A stretch of 64,000 bases of DNA from Paludibacteraceae bacterium (GCA_045577965.1 JAZNJI010000002.1:4323-68322), one strand, 5' to 3'; positions 30,177 through 39,593 are shown, numbered from the stretch's first letter. Numbers and translations: made by a program. The notes: generated from the sequence alone by a model not told the origin.

Positions 30177-31055
30177 ATGAAAAAGAATGCATTATTGCTG
30201 ATCCTGATCGCATGCGTATCCCTAGTATATGCGCAGACTCATATACATGTATGGGTCAATGGTGTGGAGACCTCTTTTCCTATTGCCAGCGTAGATAGTA
30301 TCACCTTTAATAGCGCAGAACCAGATTATTCTCATGGCATAGGCACTTTCTCTGTGAGTGATACTAGCCAAGTGACTTTCTCCAAAGGTAACCTACAGTA
30401 TCATCCCAAGAACGATGAATGGCGTTTTGCTGAGCAACAAACAGATTATGTGGGTAATGCCAACACAAACATCTCACCGACCTACGACGGATGGATCGAC
30501 CTGTTTGGCAAGGGCACAGGTGATAATCCCACATGTTGCTCCAATGTTCATGCCGACTATTATACCAGTGTAGAATGGGGTGTCAATGCGATTGGCGAAG
30601 ATGCTCCTAACACATGGCGCACGCTTACTTATGCAGAGTGGCAATACCTGCTCGACTTGCGCAACAACGCTAGCGAGTTGCGCGGTGTGGCACAAGTGAA
30701 TGGCGTGAATGGCATGGTCTTTTTGCCAGATGATTGGGTATGTCCTAGCGACATCACTTTCAAGGCGGGTTACCACGCTAGTTGGGGAAAGGCCAACTAT
30801 GCTGCCTATCAAACCATCACCGCTGATCAGTGGAATAAAATGCAAGAAGCTGGCGCTATCTTTTTACCAGCGGCAGGCTATAGAGGCGAAAAGAAAGTAA
30901 TTGATTTACAAGATATTGGTCGCTATTGGTCAGCCACAAATGATCCATATTCGGATTTCATGGCAGGCTATATCACCATGTATTCGGATGATGCATTCAT
31001 GATGTACAGCATGCGCTACTATGGCATGTCAGTACGTTTGGTGAAAGATTTATAA
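30177..31055 (+). CDS. secreted protein with FISUMP-like (Fibrobacter paralogous) domain
   Basis: Signal peptide MKKNALLLILIACVSLVYAQ. WRTLTYAEWQYLL, LPAAGYRG, YWSAT and the terminal SVRLVKD resemble the TIGR02145-type domain as I recall it. Confidence 0.5.
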   Translation: MKKNALLLILIACVSLVYAQTHIHVWVNGVETSFPIASVDSITFNSAEPDYSHGIGTFSVSDTSQVTFSKGNLQYHPKNDEWRFAEQQTDYVGNANTNISPTYDGWIDLFGKGTGDNPTCCSNVHADYYTSVEWGVNAIGEDAPNTWRTLTYAEWQYLLDLRNNASELRGVAQVNGVNGMVFLPDDWVCPSDITFKAGYHASWGKANYAAYQTITADQWNKMQEAGAIFLPAAGYRGEKKVIDLQDIGRYWSATNDPYSDFMAGYITMYSDDAFMMYSMRYYGMSVRLVKDL

Positions 31056-32188
31056 ATCGTAGCGATCAGTTCATGCCATGCCAGATCGGGAAACAATTTG
31101 CCCATCTGCCAGGCGTCAAACAGCAATCTACATGCAGTATATCCGACCTGCAACACACGATGTCGTTCAGGTCGCTCCCATGGAAATCGCCTCATCAGGG
31201 CGATTTCTTGTATATTTAGTTTAGCTGGTCGCGCGCCATGTCCATCGCGCAGTAGTTGGCGCAATAGTCGCTCGGCACGGCCTTTGTACTTAGTCGTATA
31301 TAGCGGCATAGCCTCAGCCGGCAAATGCAACTGATCCACCATCACATACCCAAAGGTCTGCCAAGCTGTCTTCATATGCAGCGCCTGCAATATGCAGTCT
31401 ATCTCTTGGCACAACGCTTGCCAATCCTCCACCGACAATTGCTCATGCGCCTTGTGGAGAGCTAGTGCCCAATCGGCTAACGGACGAAAGCCCACACCCG
31501 TACTCTCGAAGTGATGCCATGCGTGCATAAACACATACAAGGCGTTGTAGGCTGCACTAGGCACAGGCAATTCCACCCCCTTCCATGCCACACTACTCCT
31601 TCCTACTCTACTGCTACTCCCCAAATACTTATGGGTAAAGGCCTGATAGAGTGCATCGGCTTTCTTATCACGAAACTCCATGGTCACGCGGTGCAGTTCC
31701 ACCACGCGATCTAGATTCTCATCGATCACCAAGATATAATGTATTCCTCCGTAAGTCGCTGAATGCCAATGTGCATCGGGGTAAGCAGCGGTCACAATCT
31801 CTGCCGCGCGCAAGTAGTTCTCTTCGCCCACATAGATATCCACATCGCCGAAGTCGCGCATGTCGGCATCGGGGTAGAGGGCGGATAGACTATATCCTTT
31901 GATCAGGGTCGAGGGTATATCGTGCTTCGCGAGCAATGTGATCACGTCGGCCGCCAAATGATTCAGCCGAGCAGTTCGTCCCATCACCGCGAAGATGGCA
32001 GGTTGCAGTTTCTTGTCGAAAGGAGTAACGATCTTGTGAGATTTAGTCCACATGCTAAAGGCGTGCAGACATTTTTGGCGTGCTGCCAAGTTCAGCACCC
32101 CTCGCCAGTCGGTGTCAGCAGGCACTTCCACCGTCGTGCCCCACATCACCGAGCGTAATATCGAGAAAAATATCTGAGCTTGTTTCAT
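31019..32188 (-). CDS. nucleotidyltransferase family protein (NTP_transf_5-like)
   Basis: The GDVDIYV...VELHRV pattern fits a pol-beta-fold NTase. It is the last gene of the kinase-peptidase-PqqD operon. The track start at 32242 lies inside a word array, so M19 was chosen. Confidence 0.65.
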   Translation of the reverse strand: MKQAQIFFSILRSVMWGTTVEVPADTDWRGVLNLAARQKCLHAFSMWTKSHKIVTPFDKKLQPAIFAVMGRTARLNHLAADVITLLAKHDIPSTLIKGYSLSALYPDADMRDFGDVDIYVGEENYLRAAEIVTAAYPDAHWHSATYGGIHYILVIDENLDRVVELHRVTMEFRDKKADALYQAFTHKYLGSSSRVGRSSVAWKGVELPVPSAAYNALYVFMHAWHHFESTGVGFRPLADWALALHKAHEQLSVEDWQALCQEIDCILQALHMKTAWQTFGYVMVDQLHLPAEAMPLYTTKYKGRAERLLRQLLRDGHGARPAKLNIQEIALMRRFPWERPERHRVLQVGYTACRLLFDAWQMGKLFPDLAWHELIATIYKSFTKRTDMP

Positions 32189-32211
32189 ATCTGTATCCGG
32201 TCTCCCGACTT

Positions 32212-32300
32212 CCCATATTAGGCGAAGCCGTCCAATACCCATTAGGCGGAACGCCGTCCATTACCCATTAGGCGAAGCCGTCCAATAGCGAAGCGTCCAC
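32212..32300. repeat. word-array / mini-hairpin repeat
   Basis: attaggcgaagccgtccaataccc attaggcggaacgccgtccattaccc attaggcgaagccgtccaatagc gaagcgtcc. Confidence 0.85.
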
Positions 32301-32566
32301 TAAACAATAATCCCCACTTCCTTCCAATCCTCGATGGTAGCTTGTGCATCTTTGCGAGCGATCTCTTCGCTCACCTCATACTCTGCTAGTAGGAGTTGGG
32401 TGAGGGTTTCCACATCAAACTCCTTGCCCTCAACCTGCTGCCACAGGTATGCGGCTGCCTCGTTGAAGGTGATGAGATTATTGAAATTCACGAGTTCGGC
32501 GCTCTCGCCAATCAGTATATAATCGCCGCCTAATTCGCGCAGGCGAAATCCCTCCTTAGTCTTCAT
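32300..32566 (-). CDS. PqqD-family protein (RiPP recognition element-like)
   Basis: 88 aa. ITFNEAAAYLWQQVEGKEFDVETLTQLLLAEYEVSEEIARKDAQATIEDWKEVGII fits the PqqD pattern. Confidence 0.75.
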   Translation of the reverse strand: MKTKEGFRLRELGGDYILIGESAELVNFNNLITFNEAAAYLWQQVEGKEFDVETLTQLLLAEYEVSEEIARKDAQATIEDWKEVGIIV

Positions 32567-32996
32567 ATTTCATTGATTGTAAGACAACTACTACACGATG
32601 TATCTTCAGATACAATCGCTTGATAAATGTTGGTAAATGACGCCAGACACATCCGCTAGTTACACGTTTGCGTTTGCCTATCACTTTTATTTGTACCACA
32701 CGTCCGATAATATCGTTGGCCGTACAAGTCTCCGAGCCTTTCAGGTTGCCATCACCACGAAGGATGATCTCCTCACCCTTGATCTTGTAGATACGGTGCA
32801 GTACGAAGGATTTTCCCACTCTGGCGAGTACGATCATTCCCACTTGTGGATCATTACATGTCTTGAGAATCACCTTATCACGACCTCCCTCGATGAAAGG
32901 TCGCATACTCACTCCTCGTGGACTAAACTCCACCATATGGCCCTCTTTGAGCAATCGCTCAAACTCTGGCATCAATATATCATTGCTTTTCTTCAT
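32556..32996 (-). CDS. S24/S26-family peptidase, SipW/ER-type signal-peptidase-like
   Basis: GVSMRPF (Ser box), VLHRIY and LRGDGN boxes are present. 11-nt overlap with the PqqD gene. Confidence 0.65.
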   Translation of the reverse strand: MKKSNDILMPEFERLLKEGHMVEFSPRGVSMRPFIEGGRDKVILKTCNDPQVGMIVLARVGKSFVLHRIYKIKGEEIILRGDGNLKGSETCTANDIIGRVVQIKVIGKRKRVTSGCVWRHLPTFIKRLYLKIHRVVVVLQSMKYED

Positions 32997-33000
32997 AATC

Positions 33001-33168
33001 TTGTTGTAGCGCTGTGTAGCGGTTGTGTAGTAGCGCTGCGCGCTGTGTAGCAGTTGTGTAGGGTTGTGTAGCAGTTGTTATTCTAGGATTCCATCCTATA
33101 CCACTCTATACCACCCTATACCATGCTATACCATCCTACACCATCCTATACCATCCTACACCATCCCC
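33001..33168. repeat. inverted word arrays (gtgtag words, then ctatacc/ctacacc words) with hairpin agcgctgcgcgct
   Basis: A C-poor half (33001-33090) is followed by a G-free half (33095-33168), between the kinase and peptidase genes. Confidence 0.85.
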
Positions 33169-34202
33169 CTCTGGGCGACCTCTGCCGCCTCCACATTCGG
33201 CAGACAGTCCAGATGATAGCATTTCACATGCGTGATCACGTGCTTGATGCTCTCGTACATGCAGTCGGCCATCTGTCGGTCCATTTTCAGTCCCGACGCC
33301 GATGACAGCATATACGCATATGCCTCTGGCAGTGAGAGGATTCGCATCTTATTATGCGGTGCCTGACTCAGTTTGATGATTCCTCCTACGCGTGCGCACG
33401 CATTCTTGTAGCAAGGTGTCTTGCCGCTCCATGGCGAACCATAGACGCGCACTTCACCGTCCTCCATCACGCGCAAGATTGGATTGTCGTCGTTGAGCAG
33501 CCATGCGTCATCGAAGGCCGCCAACCACTGCCGCGCATGCGTGGACTTACCCGTCCCGCTATGCCCCAAAAACAAGTACCCTTTCGCCTCGTCCCTCACC
33601 ACCACCGCAGCGTGCATCTCTAGGGTCATCAGTGGGGCGGTGCGGAAAGCAAATAGCAGCATCAGCGCATTGTCGATGCAGAACCTAACATCCTGACAAT
33701 CAGGCATTATGTATAGCACACCTTCCGTAAAATTCTCACTACATTCCATCTCGCAGCAGATAGGCGCGTTGGCCACCATCGCCACGCGGAACAACCAAGT
33801 GTGTGGTATAGGGTTGTTTAGGGTTGTATAGGATTGTGAAGAGTGGTACACTTCGATCCTAGGCATATCTTCCTCTGCATTATCGGTCAGCACATGGGTC
33901 CACTCCTCGCCTATTTGCCTTTCGCCTTTCGCCTCTTCCATTTCCACGCTGAGCGTGAAGATAGGAGTTGAATGCTTCTCGCATTCCATATCTTTGTCGC
34001 GGCAGGGAGTTCTTATCTCACTTTCGTTCGAACGATCTGCTTCGCCGTACGATTGCCGCGAAATGTTGTCTATATTGTCGTTGTTATTTATCTCCACGGC
34101 AAATGGCAGATAATTCGTCATACATGACAACAGCGCACCGTCGCTGCATTCCACAGCGAACAGATGCTCCGCTACGCGGTAGTATGTACGACTAAACGCC
34201 AT
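33156..34202 (-). CDS. HPr-kinase-like P-loop kinase (HprK-related)
   Basis: YLFLGHSGTGKSTHARQW P-loop within an HprK C-terminal-like fold. The start MAFSRTYYRV lies 21 nt after a TACTTTTG box. It contains two in-frame word arrays. Confidence 0.7.
   Translation of the reverse strand: MAFSRTYYRVAEHLFAVECSDGALLSCMTNYLPFAVEINNNDNIDNISRQSYGEADRSNESEIRTPCRDKDMECEKHSTPIFTLSVEMEEAKGERQIGEEWTHVLTDNAEEDMPRIEVYHSSQSYTTLNNPIPHTWLFRVAMVANAPICCEMECSENFTEGVLYIMPDCQDVRFCIDNALMLLFAFRTAPLMTLEMHAAVVVRDEAKGYLFLGHSGTGKSTHARQWLAAFDDAWLLNDDNPILRVMEDGEVRVYGSPWSGKTPCYKNACARVGGIIKLSQAPHNKMRILSLPEAYAYMLSSASGLKMDRQMADCMYESIKHVITHVKCYHLDCLPNVEAAEVAQRGMV
33801..33850 (-). repeat. in-frame word array inside the HprK-like gene
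   Basis: Plus strand gtgtggtatagggttgtttagggttgtataggattgtgaagagtggtaca encodes ..YHSSQSYTTLNNPIPHT.. on the minus strand. Confidence 0.7.
33904..33939 (-). repeat. in-frame word array inside the HprK-like gene
   Basis: Plus strand tcctcgcctatttgcctttcgcctttcgcctcttcc encodes ..EEAKGERQIGEE.. on the minus strand. Confidence 0.65.
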
Positions 34203-34222
34203 TGTGCAGTTGAAATTTTCTG

Positions 34223-34230
34223 CAAAAGTA
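34223..34230 (-). promoter_or_regulatory. -7 box TACTTTTG for the kinase-peptidase-PqqD-NTase operon
   Basis: 21 nt before ATG 34202. No room for an upstream ORF. Confidence 0.7.
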
Positions 34231-34304
34231 GCAAAAAATACGCACATACGCAAATAAATTCAAAGAAACTCTCATTTTCCTTTGCATATTTGCAAAAAAA
34301 GCCG

Positions 34305-34312
34305 TAACTTTG
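34305..34312 (+). promoter_or_regulatory. -7 box TAACTTTG for the AlbA_2 gene
   Basis: Preceded by tttgcatatttgcaaaaaaa. Confidence 0.7.
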
Positions 34313-34334
34313 CAGGCTATTTCGAAAGAAGACA

Positions 34335-35828
34335 ATGACTGCGAAAGTACTACATACGCTCATCTCTAATGGCGAACGTGCCAATTTAGAGTGCAAGAGA
34401 GCGCAGCGGAGTATCCCTAATTCGATTTGGGAAACCTATTCTGCTTTCGCCAACACGTATGGTGGCACTATTTTATTGGGCATTGAAGAGAACTTACAAG
34501 AGACAGAACTCGCAAAACGCTTTTCGGTCGGTGGTGTGGAAGATGCGCATAAAATTTGCGCTGACTTTTGGAATATTATTAATAGCAAGGAGAAAGTCAA
34601 CTGCAATATCCTCCAAGACAGCGATGTGCAGATTATAGATGTGGCTGACAAGCAGATTGTTAAAATCTCTGTTCCACAAGCCAGTTACTCAGTCCGTCCT
34701 ATATACATTAATAATAACCTCACAAGAGGTACTTTCAAACGCAACCACGAGGGCGACTACCACTGCTCGGAGCAAGAAATCAAACTCATGTTGCGCGATT
34801 CGAACGAGGGAGGAAACGACCGTGCTATCTTGGAGCATTACACGATGAACGATATAGACATCCCTTCATTGGAGCGTTATCGTATGTTGTTTAATATAAA
34901 CAACCCTGAGCATGTCTGGAAAGATTTGAGTCATCAAGAATTTCTCATGCAGTTGGGTGGATATGCTCAAGACCGCGCGACTGGCATAGAGGGATTGACT
35001 ATTGCAGGATTGCTTATGTTTGGCCAAGGACTGCCTATCCGCGATCGTTTTGATAATCTTCGCATGGATTATATTGATAAAACTAATCTCATAGGAGAGC
35101 AGCGATATAGTGACCGATTGACATACGATGGTACTTGGGAGAATAATTTGCTGAATTTTATTCGTATCGTACTACCTCGTTTGACTCGCGACCTGCCCCG
35201 TCCTTTTGCTATGGAGGGCATGGAGCGAAAAGACGACACGCCACAACACAAAGCGGTACGCGAGGCTGTGACCAATGCAATCATTCATGCTGATTTTACG
35301 CTGAATGGCATTTTGAAAATTGAGAAATATGACGACCGTTTCGTCTTGACTAATCCTGGCTTGTTGAAATTGCCATTGGAGCAAATCTACGCTGGTGGTG
35401 AGTCTAAGGCGCGCAATCAACGCATACAATCTATGTTGCGCATGATTGGTTATGGAGAGAACTTAGGTTCGGGCTTCCCGATGATTCTCAATGCTTGGAA
35501 TGAAAAACATTGGCTCAAACCAGTACTTACCGAGCAACCTGAGTTGCTACAAGTCAAGCTGACATTGTTTGTACAAACTGATGATATCCCTCAAGAACCT
35601 ACAGGTAGAAGTACGGTAGAAACTATGGAGAAAAGTTCGGAGAAAAGTTCGGAGAAAATTATAGATATTATAAAACAATCTCCTAAAATTACAGCTAAAG
35701 AAATATCCATAGTTTTAGGTATTTCTAGTAGAGGTGTAGAAAAACAAATTAAAAATCTTCGAGAGCAAGGCATCCTTCGCCGCATAGGCCCTGACAAGGG
35801 TGGACACTGGGAGGTTCAAGAAATCTAA
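34335..35828 (+). CDS. AlbA_2 (Schlafen-like) / HATPase_c_4 protein with C-terminal winged-helix domain
   Basis: N terminus GERANLECKR...FANTYGGTILLGIEE fits the AlbA_2 signature. The C terminus ITAKEISIVLGISSRGVEKQIKNLREQGILRRIG looks like an HTH. Confidence 0.7.
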   Translation: MTAKVLHTLISNGERANLECKRAQRSIPNSIWETYSAFANTYGGTILLGIEENLQETELAKRFSVGGVEDAHKICADFWNIINSKEKVNCNILQDSDVQIIDVADKQIVKISVPQASYSVRPIYINNNLTRGTFKRNHEGDYHCSEQEIKLMLRDSNEGGNDRAILEHYTMNDIDIPSLERYRMLFNINNPEHVWKDLSHQEFLMQLGGYAQDRATGIEGLTIAGLLMFGQGLPIRDRFDNLRMDYIDKTNLIGEQRYSDRLTYDGTWENNLLNFIRIVLPRLTRDLPRPFAMEGMERKDDTPQHKAVREAVTNAIIHADFTLNGILKIEKYDDRFVLTNPGLLKLPLEQIYAGGESKARNQRIQSMLRMIGYGENLGSGFPMILNAWNEKHWLKPVLTEQPELLQVKLTLFVQTDDIPQEPTGRSTVETMEKSSEKSSEKIIDIIKQSPKITAKEISIVLGISSRGVEKQIKNLREQGILRRIGPDKGGHWEVQEI

Positions 35829-36061
35829 TTTTGCCTAATTTTGTCTAATATACTATAATTTTTGTAACATCATGACCTGCGAGCTATACATAAAATCTTT
35901 GATTTTAGCCCTCCAAAATAGGGGGGGGGTATCGCTGCCATGCGGTCATAGATAATCCCTCAGACAGAATATATCATGCATTGTCGTGGCTTTTTGCCGC
36001 GGCATCTGCTTTTGTGCGTACCGCGTATCGGTTCAACTCTCGGCTTTGCCGAGTATTCGCG

Positions 36062-36213
36062 CCTTTACACCTTACACCCTACACTTTACTCCCTACCTGC
36101 CACCACATTCCATTGGAACCTCATTGGAACCTCATTGGAACCTGATTGGAACCTCACCGAAGGGTTACCGAAGGAACACAAGGAGACATATAGGGGATGT
36201 ATAAGGGATATAA
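36062..36213. repeat. word arrays upstream of the surface-protein gene
   Basis: cctttacaccttacaccctacactttactccc, then cattggaacc x4, ccgaagg x2 and ataggggatgtataagggatataaatag. Confidence 0.8.
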
Positions 36214-36341
36214 ATAGAACAAACATCGCGGCTCTGCCGCATACTATAGCGCTGTTATTGCGCCAAAACTCCCTTCCTTTTAGGGAAGGGTTGGGGTTAG
36301 GCTTATTAAACTAAAATATTAACTTATAAATCAAAACATTT

Positions 36342-39300
36342 ATGAAAAAATCAATCTTATTTTTGCTGGCACTATTTAGTGTCACGATGACAACCCAAGC
36401 CGCCGATTATTATTATCGTGGCGAGAAAAATGGTTGGGGGGAAGGTATTAAACTAACCCTATCTACTGATGGAAGTTACTATTATTATGAGGCAACTGCT
36501 GGAACCCATGCTTTTAAGATCATGGAGAATGCTACAGAATGGAGCGCAAAACAATATAGAGGTGAAAATATCAAAAATGGATATAATGGCACAAATGTTA
36601 ATCTAACTGATTTAGGCGGAAGTGATCACAACTGTCAATCTAAAAGTGCATCAAAACATTATATCCTACTTTATTTGGGAAATAATGATAAAACTGCTGT
36701 AGTTTGTGCATCTACCACTCTCCCTACAGGCCTTAACGAAGTTTGGATTAAGCACCCTTGGGGAGGAGGGTCTTGGTCATACAAGCAAGCTACAGATAAT
36801 GGCGATGGTACTTTCTCTCTCTCTGCAAAGTATGGAGAAAGTGGATGTAACCTGAATGCTTATAATGGAGAAAATGCACAATGGTGGTATGGCCTTGCTG
36901 AAATAGAGGTAGAGGCAGGTCTCAATAAAGGTGATGATGCTGTATTTACAGTTGATGCTGTGACTCGTAAAATTTCTGTTACCAAAAAAGTAAGCAAGAA
37001 TCTTGGCGATATCACAATCACTATGAATTGTACTCAACAACCTAAAATATTCTTCTGGGACGTTGAAGGAAAAACTTGTGCAGCATGGCCTGGTGAGGAT
37101 ATGGTTGCAGCAGGTGCAAATACATACACCTATACCTTCGAAGATGTAGATGTTGATCTTGGCGTAAACTACAAGATTAACTTGAAAGAAGTTAACGAAA
37201 ACGAGTGGAATACTGGTGACTTACATACTACAACTGATGTTACCCATGATGTAAGCGATTTGAATATCCCAAAAATCGTGGTATTAGGTGTTAATGGAGA
37301 TTGGGGAAGTACAAATACACTTACAGAACTCTCTAACGACTATTTGACCGTTTCTAAAACTATTTCGGTAGAAGAAGTTAAAACACATGATATTAAAATG
37401 CATGTTGGCAATAATGAATACCAAGGTGGAAATGTGGTTGATATAACACGAGCAAACCCATCTTCGGAAAAGTTTGATCAGAACTATAGTTATGAAAACG
37501 GAAAATTTACCGCTGACATTGCGGGCGACTATGTATTTACGTACACTTATAAAACGCATACTCTCACCGTTACTTATCCAGAGTTACCAACTCCAGAGTA
37601 TAAAGATATTACTGTAACTGTTTACGCAAAAGAGGTTCCAAATATCTGGTGGTGGAATGGTGGCGACCTATGCCCTTCTACTGAAGACATTGTTAATCCT
37701 TCTACGGGAAATAAATATAAATGGGAAGAAGCTCCTGCGATGGAGAAAGTTGCTGGCGAAGACAATTGGTACACCAAGACTTTTGCTCAAGTAGATATTA
37801 CAAAGGGTGGTATTAAGTTCAAATTGCGATCTGCCGACTACAGTACATCTACTACTAACGAGGTTGTTACAACCGAAGATAAGTGCTATGACGCTCGCGT
37901 TATCGCAACCGTAACAGAAACCACATGTGGCGAACTTCCTGATGGTGAGGTTCCAACTGTGACTTACAACGTTACTGTTCCTACTGGAACTCCAGCTTGC
38001 TATATCGCAGGTGCGATGAATGGTTGGTCACACCAAGCAATGACTAAAGTTGATGAGACACACTACACTATCACTATTGAAGGTGCAGAAAAAACACAAG
38101 AATATAAATACTCTGCAAGCAATAATTGGGATTGTGTTGAGCTAAACGAGGATGGTTCTGAGAAATCTAATCGTACCTGGACTGAAAACGACGTAGTAGC
38201 TAAATGGGCTACTCCTGCCGCTCCAGTTCCTACCACCTACACTGTTGCTGGTGATAGCGAAGCTGCTTTTGGCACAACTTGGGATCCTACTAATACTGCT
38301 AATGACATGGCTCTTGACGGTGAACTCTACAAATGGACCAAGACCAATGTAGCTTTATCTGCTAATACTGAAATCAAATTCCAAGTGGTTAAAAATCACG
38401 ATTGGAATCAAGGTCAATGGCCAGGAAATGGCAATGACTGGGTACTGAATACTATTACTGAAGACGGTCTCTACACTATCACTATCACTTTTAAAGAAGA
38501 TGATAAGACAATCAATGCTACAGCCACCAAGACTGGTGATGTCGTTACAAAAGACTTCTCTAACCAACCAGCTACTCTCTACTTCCACCCAAGCTTCCAC
38601 TGGACATCTGATCATGCACAATTTGCTGCATATTTCTATAACAATGGTCCTGGTGCAGATGCTGAGCCAACATGGGCTAATATGACCGATAGTGATGGTG
38701 ATGGCGTTTACGAAGTAGCCAACGCTAAGCAACACGAGTATGTTATCATCTGTCGTATGAACCCAGACCGTACAGAAAACAAGTGGGATGATGATGTAAT
38801 GTGGAACCAAATCGAACATGGTATCACAATTCCTAATACCGCAGGTGATCTCAATACTTGCTTGGCATTCTGGACAAACTGCCAAGGTGATGTTCCTACT
38901 AGCGAGTGCACATGGGTAGCTCCAACTCCTCTCACTGACAAGAACTGGGGTGATTTCATTGCTGCTTACAATGGCAAAACTATTAATGCTGTAGTAGAGC
39001 GCTCATTCAAATCAAGTCAATTGCACACTCTATGCTTGCCATTTGATTTACAAACAAGTTGGCTTGGCGATGGAGCAAAAGCATACCAAATAACAAGTGT
39101 AGTTAGTAGAACAGCAGAAGAGTTAGAACTCAAAACTACTCAATGCAACTCACTACTTGCTGGCCAACCATACATAATCCAGCCTATCAAGGGCGGAGAA
39201 TACGAGCATATCATCGTTTCTGATGTAACAGTAGAAAATGTAACTGCTCAAGATTATACTGTTTCAGGAGGTGATTGCCAAGTAACAATGCAAGCTGTTG

Positions 39301-39593
39301 CAGCTACAGATGGAACAAAAACCGATGGTACTACCGAATATTATATCGGTGCAGAAGATGGTAAATTATACAAAGGAGTTGTTGATAAACTTGGCCTACG
39401 TGCACTCGTTATAATGACTGACACCGAGGGACAACCACTATCTGTTCGCGCTCGCGTAGTAGTTGGTGAGAACGAAGCTACTGGTATTGAAGATCTCTTC
39501 ACTACCGACGCTCCTGTTAAAGTTATTGAGAACGGTCAACTCATCATCATCCGTGGTGGCGAGAAGTTTAACGCACAAGGCGTGCGCCTTTGA
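36342..39593 (+). CDS. large secreted/cell-surface protein with multiple CBM/Ig-like beta-sandwich repeats
   Basis: 1083 aa. Signal peptide MKKSILFLLALFSVTMTTQA. Repeated aromatic-rich modules (e.g. AGAMNGWSHQAMTKVDETHYTITIEG..YKYSASNNWD) resemble starch/glycan-binding modules. Function not assignable. Confidence 0.7.
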   Translation: MKKSILFLLALFSVTMTTQAADYYYRGEKNGWGEGIKLTLSTDGSYYYYEATAGTHAFKIMENATEWSAKQYRGENIKNGYNGTNVNLTDLGGSDHNCQSKSASKHYILLYLGNNDKTAVVCASTTLPTGLNEVWIKHPWGGGSWSYKQATDNGDGTFSLSAKYGESGCNLNAYNGENAQWWYGLAEIEVEAGLNKGDDAVFTVDAVTRKISVTKKVSKNLGDITITMNCTQQPKIFFWDVEGKTCAAWPGEDMVAAGANTYTYTFEDVDVDLGVNYKINLKEVNENEWNTGDLHTTTDVTHDVSDLNIPKIVVLGVNGDWGSTNTLTELSNDYLTVSKTISVEEVKTHDIKMHVGNNEYQGGNVVDITRANPSSEKFDQNYSYENGKFTADIAGDYVFTYTYKTHTLTVTYPELPTPEYKDITVTVYAKEVPNIWWWNGGDLCPSTEDIVNPSTGNKYKWEEAPAMEKVAGEDNWYTKTFAQVDITKGGIKFKLRSADYSTSTTNEVVTTEDKCYDARVIATVTETTCGELPDGEVPTVTYNVTVPTGTPACYIAGAMNGWSHQAMTKVDETHYTITIEGAEKTQEYKYSASNNWDCVELNEDGSEKSNRTWTENDVVAKWATPAAPVPTTYTVAGDSEAAFGTTWDPTNTANDMALDGELYKWTKTNVALSANTEIKFQVVKNHDWNQGQWPGNGNDWVLNTITEDGLYTITITFKEDDKTINATATKTGDVVTKDFSNQPATLYFHPSFHWTSDHAQFAAYFYNNGPGADAEPTWANMTDSDGDGVYEVANAKQHEYVIICRMNPDRTENKWDDDVMWNQIEHGITIPNTAGDLNTCLAFWTNCQGDVPTSECTWVAPTPLTDKNWGDFIAAYNGKTINAVVERSFKSSQLHTLCLPFDLQTSWLGDGAKAYQITSVVSRTAEELELKTTQCNSLLAGQPYIIQPIKGGEYEHIIVSDVTVENVTAQDYTVSGGDCQVTMQAVAATDGTKTDGTTEYYIGAEDGKLYKGVVDKLGLRALVIMTDTEGQPLSVRARVVVGENEATGIEDLFTTDAPVKVIENGQLIIIRGGEKFNAQGVRL

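Noticed and set aside
35976-36314. 112-aa ORF upstream of the surface-protein gene
   Set aside because: It reads straight through word arrays (cattggaacc x4 and others), has no promoter box, and gives a low-complexity product.
39470-39593. T9SS C-terminal sorting domain on the 1083-aa protein
   Set aside because: The tail is too short for a complete CTD and cannot be verified without a profile search.
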